Shown: in pieces, positions 13,401 through 27,800 of the stretch
Numbering within the stretch: the first letter of the stretch is position 1
Layout of the letters: the number at the start of each line of letters is the position of its first letter
Assembly (NCBI GenBank): GCA_964276515.1
Contig: OZ193909.1
Span: 9,920,001-9,984,000 of the forward strand
DNA from: Gordius albopunctatus
Taxonomy: Eukaryota
Length of the DNA: 64,000 nucleotides
Direction: 5' to 3'
Program-made: the position numbers and the translations under genes
The notes under the pieces: model-generated
Databases searched by the model: none
What the model was told of the DNA's origin: nothing
The model's input: the letters and a program-made list of their open reading frames with translations, nothing else

Positions 13401-15800
13401 AAAGATTTTTTCATCCCCCTTTCAAAAGAATAGGAAAATAAATATTTTTTTTGACCTAAAAATGTTTCAATTTTTTTGTTCAACAATATAGCCGTCATGA
13501 AAGTTTTTGATATCAGAGGTCAATTAGTGAAAAAAATTTTTCATCAGTCCTCAAAATTTTTTAACTTTAAATCACGATCAATAGAGTTTGTTTCTGAAAA
13601 ACTAGAGACAAGCTTAGAAAGCGATTTTGAAAAAATCTAAACGCAACACGAAAAGTTTACTTTCTGTCAATCTAAAACTTCCCCCCGTGCAAAAATTCTT
13701 CTCGGGATTCTAACAAGGACATAATGCTAAGAATATTTACAAACTTTTAAAGATTCTTTCAGCCCCCTTTTGATAGAATATGAAAAAAAATATTTTTTTC
13801 GACCTCAAAATGTTTCAATTTTTTTGTTCAACAATATAGCCGTCATGAAAGTTTTTGATATCAGAGGTCAACTAGTGAAAAAATTTTTTGATCAGTCCTC
13901 AAAAGTTTTTAACTTTAAATCACGATCAAATAAGAGTTTGTTTCTCAAAAACTAGAGACACGCTTAGAAAGCGATTTTGAAACAATCTAAACGCAACACG
14001 AAAAGTTTAGTTTCTCTCAATCTAAAACCTCCCTTCGTGCAAAAATTATCATACGGATTCTAACAAGGACATAATGCTAAGAATATTTACAAACTTTTAA
14101 AGATTCTTTCAGCCCCCTTTTGATAGAATATGAAAAAAAATATTTTTTTCGACCTAAAAATTTTTGGAATTTTTTTGTTCAACAATATAGCCGTCATGAA
14201 AGTTTTTGATATCAGAGGTCAATTAGTGAAAAATTTTTTGATCAGTCCTCAAAAATTATTAACTTTAAATCACGATCAAAAAAAGTTTCTTTCACAAAAA
14301 CTAGAGACACGCTTAGAAAGCGATTTTGAAACAATCTAAACGCAACACGAAAAGTTTAGTTTCTAAATTTTAAAGATTTTTTCATCCCCCTTTCGAAAGA
14401 ATAGGAAAATAAATATTTTTTTCGACATCAAAATTTTTTCAATTTTTTTGTTCAACAATATAGCCGTCATGAAAGTTTTTGATATCAGAGGTCAATTAGT
14501 GAAAAATGTTTTGATCAGTCCTCAAAAATTATTAACTTTAAATCACGATCAAATAGAGTTTTTTTCTCAAAAACTAGAGACACGTTTAGAAAGCGATTTT
14601 GAAAAAATCTAAACGCAACACGAAAAGTTTAGTTTCTCTCAATCTAAAACCTCACCCCGTGCAAAAATTCTTCTCGGGATTCTAACAAGGACATAATGCT
14701 AAGAATATTTACAAACTTTTAAAGATTCTTTCAGCCCCCTTTTGATAGAATATGAAAAAAATATTTTTTTCGACCTCAAAATGTTTCAATTTTTTTGTTC
14801 AACAATATAGCCGTCATGAAAGTTTTTGATATCAGAGGTCAACTAGTGAAAAAATTTTTTGATCAGTCCTCAAAAGTTTTTAACTTTAAATCACGATCAA
14901 ATAAGAGTTTGTTTCTCAAAAACTAGAGACACGCTTAGAAAGCGATTTTGAAACAATCTAAACGCAACACGAAAAGTTTAGTTTCTCTCAATCTAAAACC
15001 TCCCTTCGTGCAAAAATTATCATACGGATTCTAACAAGGACATAATGCTAAGAATATTTACAAACTTTTAAAGATTCTTTCAGCCCCCTTTTGATAGAAT
15101 ATGAAAAAAAATATTTTTTTCGACCTAAAAATTTTTTCAATTTTTTTGTTCAACAATATAGCCGTCATGAAAGTTTTTGATATCAGAGGTCAATTAGTGA
15201 AAATTTTTTTGATCAGTCCTCAAAAATTATTAACTTTAAATCACGATCAAAAAAAGTTTCTTTCACAAAAACTAGAGACACGCTTAGAAAGCGATTTTGA
15301 AACAATCTAAACGCAACACGAAAAGTTTAGTTTCTAAATTTTAAAGATTTTTTCATCCCCCTTTCGAAAGAATAGGAAAATAAATATTTTTTTCGACATC
15401 AAAATTTTTTCAATTTTTTTGTTCAACAATATAGCCGTCATGAAAGTTTTTGATATCAGAGGTCAATTAGTGAAAAATGTTTTGATCAGTCCTCAAAAAT
15501 TATTAACTTTAAATCACGATCAAATAGAGTTTGTTTCTCAAAAACTAGAGACACGTTTAGAAAGCGATTTTGAAAAAATCTAAACGCAACACGAAAAGTT
15601 TAGTTTCTCTCAATCTAAAACCTCACCCCGTGCAAAAATTCTTCTCGGGATTCTAACAAGGACATAATGCTAAGAATATTTACAAACTTTTAAAGATTCT
15701 TTCAGCCCCCTTTTGATTGAATATGAAAAAAATATTTTTTTCGACCTCAAAATGTTTCAATTTTTTTGTTCAACAATATAGCCGTCATGAAAGTTTTTGA
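8600..15800 (+). repeat. 11-monomer HOR of satellite A (9 long + 2 short), period 3689 bp (~2 copies)
   Basis: CTTTGGCCCC 9371/13060, AAGCTT 9921/13610, and ORF pairs 10081/13770, 10441/14130, 11412/15101 are all 3689 bp apart. It contains an internal 971-bp trimer duplication (10441/11412). Ends are approximate. Confidence 0.92.
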
Positions 15801-18800
15801 TATCAGAGGTCAATTAGTGAAAAATTTTTTGATCAGTCCTCAAAAATTATTAACTTTAAATCACGATCAAATAGAGTTTGTTTCTCAAAAACTAGAGACA
15901 CGCTTAGAAAGCGATTTTGAAACAATCTAAACGCAACACGAAAAGTTTAGTTTCTCTCAATCTAAAACCTCACCCCGTGCAAAAATTATCATACGGATCC
16001 TAACAAGGACATGATGCTAAGAATATTTACTAACTTTTAAAAATTCTTTCAGCCCCCTTTTGATAGAATATGAAAATAAATATTTTTTTACACTTCAAAA
16101 ATTTTTCAATTTTTTTGTTCAACAATATAGCCGTCATGAAAGATTTGATATCAGAGGTCAATTAGTGAAAAATTTTTGATCGTCCTCAAAAATTATTAAC
16201 TTTAAATCACGATCAAATAGAGTTTGTTTCTCAAAAACTAGAGACACGCTTAGAAAGCGATTTTGAAACAATCTAAACGCAACACGAAAAGTTTAGTTTC
16301 TCTCAATCTAAAACCTCACCCCGTGCAAAAATTATCATACGGATTCTAACAAGGACATGATGCTAAGAATATTTACTAACTTTTAAAGATTCTTTCAGCC
16401 CCCTTTTGATAGAATATGAAAATAAATATTTTTTTCGACTTCAAAAATTTTTCAATTTTTTTGTTCAACAATATAGCCGTCATGAAAGTTTTTGATATCA
16501 GAGGTCAATTAGTGAAAAATTTTTTGATCAGTCCTCAAAAATTATTAACTTTAAATCACGATCAAATAGAGTTTGTTTCACAAAAACTAGAGACACGCTT
16601 AGAAAGCGATTTTGAAACAATCTAAACGCAACACGAAAAGTTTAGTTTCTAAATTTTAAAGATTTTTTCATCCCCCTTTCGAAAGAATAGGAAAATAAAT
16701 ATTTTTTTCGACATCAAAATTTTTTCAATTTTTTTGTTCAACAATATAGCCGTCATGAAAGATTTGATATCAGAGGTCAATTAGTGAAAAATTTTTGATC
16801 GTCCTCAAAAATTATTAACTTTAAATCACGATCAAATAGAGTTTGTTTCTCAAAAACTAGAGACACGCTTAGAAAGCGATTTTGAAACAATCTAAACGCA
16901 ACACGAAAAGTTTAGTTTCTCTCAATCTAAAACCTCACCCCGTGCAAAAATTATCATACGGATTCTAACAAGGACATGATGCTAAGAATATTTACTAACT
17001 TTTAAAAATTCTTTCAGCCCCCTTTTGATAGAATATGAAAATAAATATTTTTTTCGACATCAAAAATTTTTCAATTTTTTTGTTCAACAATATAGCCGTC
17101 ATGAAAGTTTTTGATATCAGAGGTCAATTAGTGAAAAATTTTTTGATCAGTCCTCAAAAATTATTAACTTTAAATCACGATCAAATAGAGTTTGTTTCTC
17201 AAAAACTAGAGACACGCTTAGAAAGCGATTTTGAAACAATCTAAACGCAACACGAAAAGTTTAGTTTCTCTCAATCTAAAACCTCCTTTCGTGCAAAAAT
17301 TCTTCTCGGGATTCTAACAAGGACATAATGCTAAGAATATTTACTAACTTTTAAAGATTTTTTCATCCCCCTTTCAAAAGAATAGGAAAATAAATATTTT
17401 TTTTGACCTAAAAATGTTTGAATTTTTTTGTTCAACAATATAGCCGTCATGAAAGTTTTTGATATCAGAGGTCAATTAGTGAAAAAAATTTTTCATCAGT
17501 CCTCAAAATTTTTTAACTTTAAATCACGATCAATAGAGTTTGTTTCTGAAAAACTAGAGACAAGCTTAGAAAGCGATTTTGAAAAAATCTAAACGCAACA
17601 CGAAAAGTTTACTTTCTGTCAATCTAAAACTTCCCCCCGTGCAAAAATTCTTCTCGGGATTCTAACAAGGACATAATGCTAAGAATATTTACAAACTTTT
17701 AAAGATTCTTTCAGCCCCCTTTTGATAGAATATGAAAAAAATATTTTTTTCGACCTCAAAATGTTTCAATTTTTTTGTTCAACAATATAGCCGTCATGAA
17801 AGTTTTTGATATCAGAGGTCAACTAGTGAAAAAATTTTTTGATCAGTCCTCAAAAGTTTTTAACTTTAAATCACGATCAAATAAGAGTTTGTTTCTCAAA
17901 AACTAGAGACACGCTTAGAAAGCGATTTTGAAACAATCTAAACGCAACACGAAAAGTTTAGTTTCTCTCAATCTAAAACCTCCCTTCGTGCAAAAATTAT
18001 CATACGGATTCTAACAAGGACATAATGCTAAGAATATTTACAAACTTTTAAAGATTCTTTCAGCCCCCTTTTGATAGAATATGAAAAAAAATATTTTTTT
18101 CGACCTAAAAATTTTTTCAATTTTTTTGTTCAACAATATAGCCGTCATGAAAGTTTTTGATATCAGAGGTCAATTAGTGAAAAATTTTTTGATCAGTCCT
18201 CAAAAATTATTAACTTTAAATCACGATCAAAAAAAGTTTCTTTCACAAAAACTAGAGACACGCTTAGAAAGCGATTTTGAAACAATCTAAACGCAACACG
18301 AAAAGTTTAGTTTCTAAATTTTAAAGATTTTTTCATCCCCCTTTCGAAAGAATAGGAAAATAAATATTTTTTTCGACATCAAAATTTTTTCAATTTTTTT
18401 GTTCAACAATATAGCCGTCATGAAAGTTTTTGATATCAGAGGTCAATTAGTGAAAAATTTTTGATCAGTCCTCAAAAATTATTAACTTTAAATCACGATC
18501 AAAAAAAGTTTCTTTCACAAAAACTAGAGACACGCTTAGAAAGCGATTTTGAAACAATCTAAACGCAACACGAAAAGTTTAGTTTCTAAATTTTAAAGAT
18601 TTTTTCATCCCCCTTTCGAAAGAATAGGAAAATAAATATTTTTTTCGACATCAAAATTTTTTCAATTTTTTTGTTCAACAATATAGCCGTCATGAAAGTT
18701 TTTGATATCAGAGGTCAATTAGTGAAAAATTTTTTGATCAGTCCTCAAAAATTATTAACTTTAAATCACGATCAAAAAAAGTTTCTTTCACAAAAACTAG

Positions 18801-21800
18801 AGACACGCTTAGAAAGCGATTTTGAAACAATCTAAACGCAACACGAAAAGTTTAGTTTCTAAATTTTAAAGATTTTTTCATCCCCCTTTCGAAAGAATAG
18901 GAAAATAAATATTTTTTTCGACATCAAAATTTTTTCAATTTTTTTGTTCAACAATATAGCCGTCATGAAAGTTTTTGATATCAGAGGTCAATTAGTGAAA
19001 AATTTTTGATCGTCCTCAAAAATTATTAACTTTAAATCACGATCAAAAAAAGTTTCTTTCACAAAAACTAGAGACACGCTTAGAAAGCGATTTTGAAACA
19101 ATCTAAACGCAACACGAAAAGTTTAGTTTCTAAATTTTAAAGATTTTTTCATCCCCCTTTCGAAAGAATAGGAAAATAAATATTTTTTTCGACATCAAAA
19201 TTTTTTGAATTTTTTTGTTCAACAATATAGCCGTCATGAAAGTTTTTGATATCAGAGGTCAATTAGTGAAAAATTTTTGATCGTCCTCAAAAATTATTAA
19301 CTTTAAATCACGATCAAATAGAGTTTGTTTCACAAAAACTAGAGACACGCTTAGAAAGCGATTTTGAAACAATCTAAACGCAACACGAAAAGTTTAGTTT
19401 CTAAATTTTAAAGATTTTTTCATCCCCCTTTCGAAAGAATAGGAAAATAAATATTTTTTTCGACATCAAAATTTTTTCAATTTTTTTGTTCAACAATATA
19501 GCCGTCATGAAAGTTTTTGATATCAGAGGTCAATTAGTGAAAAATTTTTGATCGTCCTCAAAAATTATTAACTTTAAATCACGATCAAATAGAGTTTGTT
19601 TTACAAAAACTAGAGACACGCTTAGAAAGCGATTTTGAAACAATCTAAACGCAACACGAAAAGTTTAGTTTCTAAATTTTAAAGATTTTTTCATCCCCCT
19701 TTCGAAAGAATAGGAAAATAAATATTTTTTTCGACATCAAAATTTTTTCAATTTTTTTGTTCAACAATATAGCCGTCATGAAAGTTTTTGATATCAGAGG
19801 TCAATTAGTGAAAAATTTTTGATCGTCCTCAAAAATTATTAACTTTAAATCACGATCAAATAGAGTTTGTTTATCAAAAACTAGAGACACGCTTAGAAAG
19901 CGATTTTGAAACAATCTAAACGCAACACGAAAAGTTTAGTTTCTCTCAATCTAAAACCTCACCCCGTGCAAAAATTATCATACGGATTCTAACAAGGACA
20001 TGATGCTAAGAATATTTACTAACTTTTAAAAATTCTTTCAGCCCCCTTTTGATAGAATATGAAAATAAATATTTTTTTAGACTTCAAAAATTTTTCAATT
20101 TTTTTGTTCAACAATATAGCCGTCATGAAAGTTTTTGATATCAGAGGTCAATTAGTGAAAAATTTTTTGATCAGTCCTCAAAAATTATTAACTTTAAATC
20201 ACGATCAAATAGAGTTTGTTTCACAAAAACTAGAGACACGCTTAGAAAGCGATTTTGAAACAATCTAAACGCAACACGAAAAGTTTAGTTTCTAAATTTT
20301 AAAGATTTTTTCATCCCCCTTTCGAAAGAATAGGAAAATAAATATTTTTTTCGACATCAAAATTTTTTCAATTTTTTTGTTCAACAATATAGCCGTCATG
20401 AAAGATTTGATATCAGAGGTCAATTAGTGAAAAATTTTTGATCGTCCTCAAAAATTATTAACTTTAAATCACGATCAAATAGAGTTTGTTTCTCAAAAAC
20501 TAGAGACACGCTTAGAAAGCGATTTTGAAACAATCTAAACGCAACACGAAAAGTTTAGTTTCTCTCAATCTAAAACCTCACCCCGTGCAAAAATTATCAT
20601 ACGGATTCTAACAAGGACATGATGCTAAGAATATTTACTAACTTTTAAAGATTCTTTCAGCCCCCTTTTGATAGAATATGAAAATAAATATTTTTTTCGA
20701 CTTCAAAAATTTTTCAATTTTTTTGTTCAACAATATAGCCGTCATGAAAGTTTTTGATATCAGAGGTCAATTAGTGAAAAATTTTTTGATCAGTCCTCAA
20801 AAATTATTAACTTTAAATCACGATCAAATAGAGTTTGTTTCACAAAAACTAGAGAAACGCTTAGAAAGCGATTTTGAAACAATCTAAACGCAACACGAAA
20901 AGTTTAGTTTCTAAATTTTAAAGATTTTTTCATCCCCCTTTCGAAAGAATAGGAAAATAAATATTTTTTTCGACATCAAAATTTTTTCAATTTTTTTGTT
21001 CAACAATATAGCCGTCATGAAAGATTTGATATCAGAGGTCAATTAGTGAAAAATTTTTGATCGTCCTCAAAAATTATTAACTTTAAATCACGATCAAATA
21101 GAGTTTGTTTCTCAAAAACTAGAGACACGCTTAGAAAGCGATTTTGAAACAATCTAAACGCAACACGAAAAGTTTAGTTTCTCTCAATCTAAAACCTCAC
21201 CCCGTGCAAAAATTATCATACGGATTCTAACAAGGACATGATGCTAAGAATATTTACTAACTTTTAAAGATTCTTTCAGCTCCCTTTTGATAGAATATGA
21301 AAATAAATATTTTTTTCGACTTCAAAAATTTTTCAATTTTTTTGTTCAACAATATAGCCGTCATGAAAGTTTTTGATATCAGAGGTCAATTAGAGAAAAA
21401 TTTTTTTGATCAGTCCTCAAAAATTATTAACTTTAAATCACGATCACATAGAGTTTGTTTCGCAAAAACTAGAGACACGCTTAGAAAGCTATTTTGAAAC
21501 AATCTAAACGCAACACGAAAAGTTTAGTTTCTAAATTTTAAAGATTCTTTCAGCACCCTTTCGATAGAATATGAAAATAAATATTTTTTTCGACATCAAA
21601 ATTTTTTCAATTTTTTTGTTCAACAATATAGCCGTCATGAAAGTTTATGATATCAGAGGTCAATTAGTGAAAAAAATTTTTGATCAGTCCTCAAAAATTA
21701 TTAACTTTAAATCACGATCAAATAGAGTTTGTTTCACAAAAACTAGAGACACGCTTAGAAAGCGATTTTGAAACAATCTAAACGCAACACGAAAAGTTTA

Positions 21801-24800
21801 GTTTCTAAATTTTAAAGATTTTTTCATCCCCCTTTCGAAAGAATAGGAAAATAAATATTTTTTTCGACATCAAAATTTTTTCAATTTTTTTGTTCAACAA
21901 TATAGCCGTCATGAAAGATTTGATATCAGAGGTCAATTAGTGAAAAATTTTTGATCGTCCTCAAAAATTATTAACTTTAAATCACGATCAAATAGAGTTT
22001 GTTTCTCAAAAACTAGAGACACGCTTAGAAAGCGATTTTGAAACAATCTAAACGCAACACGAAAAGTTTAGTTTCTCTCAATCTAAAACCTCACCCCGTG
22101 CAAAAATTATCATACGGATTCTAACAAGGACATGATGCTAAGAATATTTACTAACTTTTAAAAATTCTTTCAGCCCCCTTTTGATAGAATATGAAAATAA
22201 ATATTTTTTTAGACTTCAAAAATTTTTCAATTTTTTTGTTCAACAATATAGCCGTCATGAAAGTTTTTGATATCAGAGGTCAATTAGTGAAAAATTTTTT
22301 GATCAGTCCTCAAAAATTATTAACTTTAAATCACGATCAAATAGAGTTTGTTTCACAAAAACTAGAGACACGCTTAGAAAGCGATTTTGAAACAATCTAA
22401 ACGCAACACGAAAAGTTTAGTTTCTAAATTTTAAAGATTTTTTCATCCCCCTTTCGAAAGAATAGGAAAATAAATATTTTTTTCGACATCAAAATTTTTT
22501 CAATTTTTTTGTTCAACAATATAGCCGTCATGAAAGATTTGATATCAGAGGTCAATTAGTGAAAAATTTTTGATCGTCCTCAAAAATTATTAACTTTAAA
22601 TCACGATCAAATAGAGTTTGTTTCTCAAAAACTAGAGACACGCTTAGAAAGCGATTTTGAAACAATCTAAACGCAACACGAAAAGTTTAGTTTCTCTCAA
22701 TCTAAAACCTCACCCCGTGCAAAAATTATCATACGGATTCTAACAAGGACATGATGCTAAGAATATTTACTAACTTTTAAAGATTCTTTCAGCCCCCTTT
22801 TGATAGAATATGAAAATAAATATTTTTTTCGACTTCAAAAATTTTTCAATTTTTTTGTTCAACAATATAGCCGTCATGAAAGTTTTTGATATCAGAGGTC
22901 AATTAGTGAAAAATTTTTTGATCAGTCCTCAAAAATTATTAACTTTAAATCACGATCAAATAGAGTTTGTTTCACAAAAACTAGAGACACGCTTAGAAAG
23001 CGATTTTGAAACAATCTAAACGCAACACGAAAAGTTTAGTTTCTAAATTTTAAAGATTTTTTCATCCCCCTTTCGAAAGAATAGGAAAATAAATATTTTT
23101 TTCGACATCAAAATTTTTTCAATTTTTTTGTTCAACAATATAGCCGTCATGAAAGATTTGATATCAGAGGTCAATTAGTGAAAAATTTTTGATCGTCCTC
23201 AAAAATTATTAACTTTAAATCACGATCAAATAGAGTTTGTTTCTCAAAAACTAGAGACACGCTTAGAAAGCGATTTTGAAACAATCTAAACGCAACACGA
23301 AAAGTTTAGTTTCTCTCAATCTAAAACCTCACCCCGTGCAAAAATTATCATACGGATTCTAACAAGGACATGATGCTAAGAATATTTACTAACTTTTAAA
23401 AATTCTTTCAGCCCCCTTTTGATAGAATATGAAAATAAATATTTTTTTCGACATCAAAAATTTTTCAATTTTTTTGTTCAACAATATAGCCGTCATGAAA
23501 GTTTTTGATATCAGAGGTCAATTAGTGAAAAATTTTTTGATCAGTCCTCAAAAATTATTAACTTTAAATCACGATCAAATAGAGTTTGTTTCTCAAAAAC
23601 TAGAGACACGCTTAGAAAGCGATTTTGAAACAATCTAAACGCAACACGAAAAGTTTAGTTTCTCTCAATCTAAAACCCACCCCGTGCAAAAATTATCATA
23701 CGGATTCTAACAAGGACATGATGCTAAGAATATTTACTAACTTTTAAAGATTCTTTCAGCCCCCTTTTGATAGAATATGAAAATAAATATTTTTTTCGAC
23801 TTCAAAAATTTTTCAATTTTTTTGTTCAACAATATAGCCGTCATGAAAGTTTTTGATATCAGAGGTCAATTAGTGAAAAATTTTTTGATCAGTCCTCAAA
23901 AATTATTAACTTTAAATCACGATCAAATAGAGTTTGTTTCACAAAAACTAGAGACACGCTTAGAAAGCGATTTTGAAACAATCTAAACGCAACACGAAAA
24001 GTTTAGTTTCTAAATTTTAAAGATTTTTTCATCCCCCTTTCGAAAGAATAGGAAAATAAATATTTTTTTCGACATCAAAATTTTTTCAATTTTTTTGTTC
24101 AACAATATAGCCGTCATGAAAGATTTGATATCAGAGGTCAATTAGTGAAAAATTTTTGATCGTCCTCAAAAATTATTAACTTTAAATCACGATCAAATAG
24201 AGTTTGTTTCTCAAAAACTAGAGACACGCTTAGAAAGCGATTTTGAAACAATCTAAACGCAACACGAAAAGTTTAGTTTCTCTCAATCTAAAACCTCACC
24301 CCGTGCAAAAATTATCATACGGATTCTAACAAGGACATGATGCTAAGAATATTTACTAACTTTTAAAAATTCTTTCAGCCCCCTTTTGATAGAATATGAA
24401 AATAAATATTTTTTTCGACATCAAAAATTTTTCAATTTTTTTGTTCAACAATATAGCCGTCATGAAAGTTTTTGATATCAGAGGTCAATTAGTGAAAAAT
24501 TTTTTGATCAGTCCTCAAAAATTATTAACTTTAAATCACGATCAAATAGAGTTTGTTTCTCAAAAACTAGAGACACGCTTAGAAAGCGATTTTGAAACAA
24601 TCTAAACGCAACACGAAAAGTTTAGTTTCTCTCAATCTAAAACCCACCCCGTGCAAAAATTATCATACGGATTCTAACAAGGACATGATGCTAAGAATAT
24701 TTACTAACTTTTAAAGATTCTTTCAGCCCCCTTTTGATAGAATATGAAAATAAATATTTTTTTCGACTTCAAAAATTTTTCAATTTTTTTGTTCAACAAT

Positions 24801-27800
24801 ATAGCCGTCATGAAAGTTTTTGATATCAGAGGTCAATTAGTGAAAAATTTTTTGATCAGTCCTCAAAAATTATTAACTTTAAATCACGATCAAATAGAGT
24901 TTGTTTCACAAAAACTAGAGACACGCTTAGAAAGCGATTTTGAAACAATCTAAACGCAACACGAAAAGTTTAGTTTCTAAATTTTAAAGATTTTTTCATC
25001 CCCCTTTCGAAAGAATAGGAAAATAAATATTTTTTTCGACATCAAAATTTTTTCAATATTTTTGTTCAACAATATAGCCGTCATGAAAGTTTTTGATATC
25101 AGAGGTCAATTAGTGAAAAATTTTTTGATCAGTCCTCAAAAATTATTAACTTTAAATCACGATCACATAGAGTTTGTTTCGCAAAAACTAGAGACACGCT
25201 TAGAAAGCTATTTTGAAACAATCTAAACGCAACACGAAAAGTTTAGTTTCTAAATTTTAAAGATTCTTTCAGCACCCTTTCCATAGAATATGAAAATAAA
25301 TATTTTTTTCGACATCAAAATTTTTTCAATTTTTTTGTTCAACAATATAGCCGTCATGAAAGATTTGATATCAGAGGTCAATTAGTGAAAAATTTTTGAT
25401 CGTCCTCAAAAATTATTAACTTTAAATCACGATCAAATAGAGTTTGTTTCTCAAAAACTAGAGACACGCTTAGAAAGCGATTTTGAAACAATCTAAACGC
25501 AACACGAAAAGTTTAGTTTCTTAATTTTAAAGATTTTTTCATCCCCCTTTCGAAAGAATAGGAAAATAAATATTTTTTTCGACATCAAAATTTTTTCAAT
25601 TTTTTTGTTCAACAATATAGCCGTCATGAAAGTTTTTGATATCAGAGGTCAATTAGTGAAAAATTTTTTGATCAGTCCTCAAAAATTATTAACTTTAAAT
25701 CACGATCAAATAGAGTTTGTTTCACAAAAACTAGAGACACGCTTAGAAAGCGATTTTGAAACAATCTAAACGCAACACGAAAAGTTTAGTTTCTAAATTT
25801 TAAAGATTTTTTCATCACCCTTTCGAAAGAATAGGAAAATAAATATTTTTTTCGACATCAAAATTTTTTCAATATTTTTGTTCAACAATATAGCCGTCAT
25901 GAAAGATTTGATATCAGAGGTCAATTAGTGAAAAATTTTTGATCGTCCTCAAAAATTATTAACTTTAAATCACGATCAAATAGAGTTTGTTTCACAAAAA
26001 CTAGAGACACGCTTAGAAAGCGATTTTGAAACAATCTAAACGCAACACGAAAAGTTTAGTTTCTAAATTTTAAAGATTTTTTCATCACCCTTTCGAAAGA
26101 ATAGGAAAATAAATATTTTTTTCGACATCAAAATTTTTTCAATTTTTTTGTTCAACAATATAGCCGTCATGAAAGATTTGATATCAGAGGTCAATTAGTG
26201 AAAAATTTTTGATCGTCCTCAAAAATTATTAACTTTAAATCACGATCAAATAGAGTTTGTTTCTCAAAAACTAGAGACACGCTTAGAAAGCGATTTTGAA
26301 ACAATCTAAACGCAACACGAAAAGTTTAGTTTCTCTCAATCTAAAACCTCACCCCGTGCAAAAATTATCATACGGATTCTAACAAGGACATGATGCTAAG
26401 AATATTTACTAACTTTTAAAGATTCTTTCAGCCCCCTTTTGATAGAATATGAAAATAAATATTTTTTTCGACTTCAAAAATTTTTCAATTTTTTTGTTCA
26501 ACAATATAGCCGTCATGAAAGTTTTTGATATCAGAGGTCAATTAGTGAAAAATTTTTTGATCAGTCCTCAAAAATTATTAACTTTAAATCACGATCAAAT
26601 AGAGTTTGTTTCACAAAAACTAGAGACACGCTTAGAAAGCGATTTTGAAACAATCTAAACGCAACACGAAAAGTTTAGTTTCTAAATTTTAAAGATTTTT
26701 TCATCCCCCTTTCGAAAGAATAGGAAAATAAATATTTTTTTCGACATCAAAATTTTTTCAATTTTTTTGTTCAACAATATAGCCGTCATGAAAGATTTGA
26801 TATCAGAGGTCAATTAGTGAAAAATTTTTGATCGTCCTCAAAAATTATTAACTTTAAATCACGATCAAATAGAGTTTGTTTCTCAAAAACTAGAGACACG
26901 CTTAGAAAGCGATTTTGAAACAATCTAAACGCAACACGAAAAGTTTAGTTTCTCTCAATCTAAAACCTCACCCCGTGCAAAAATTATCATACGGATTCTA
27001 ACAAGGACATGATGCTAAGAATATTTACTAACTTTTAAAAATTCTTTCAGCCCCCTTTTGATAGAATATGAAAATAAATATTTTTTTCGACATCAAAAAT
27101 TTTTCAATTTTTTTGTTCAACAATATAGCCGTCATGAAAGTTTTTGATATCAGAGGTCAATTAGTGAAAAATTTTTTGATCAGTCCTCAAAAATTATTAA
27201 CTTTAAATCACGATCAAATAGAGTTTGTTTCTCAAAAACTAGAGACACGCTTAGAAAGCGATTTTGAAACAATCTAAACGCAACACGAAAAGTTTAGTTT
27301 CTCTCAATCTAAAACCCACCCCGTGCAAAAATTATCATACGGATTCTAACAAGGACATGATGCTAAGAATATTTACTAACTTTTAAAGATTCTTTCAGCC
27401 CCCTTTTGATAGAATATGAAAATAAATATTTTTTTCGACTTCAAAAATTTTTCAATTTTTTTGTTCAACAATATAGCCGTCATGAAAGTTTTTGATATCA
27501 GAGGTCAATTAGTGAAAAATTTTTTGATCAGTCCTCAAAAATTATTAACTTTAAATCACGATCAAATAGAGTTTGTTTCACAAAAACTAGAGACACGCTT
27601 AGAAAGCGATTTTGAAACAATCTAAACGCAACACGAAAAGTTTAGTTTCTAAATTTTAAAGATTTTTTCATCCCCCTTTCGAAAGAATAGGAAAATAAAT
27701 ATTTTTTTCGACATCAAAATTTTTTCAATTTTTTTGTTCAACAATATAGCCGTCATGAAAGATTTGATATCAGAGGTCAATTAGTGAAAAATTTTTGATC

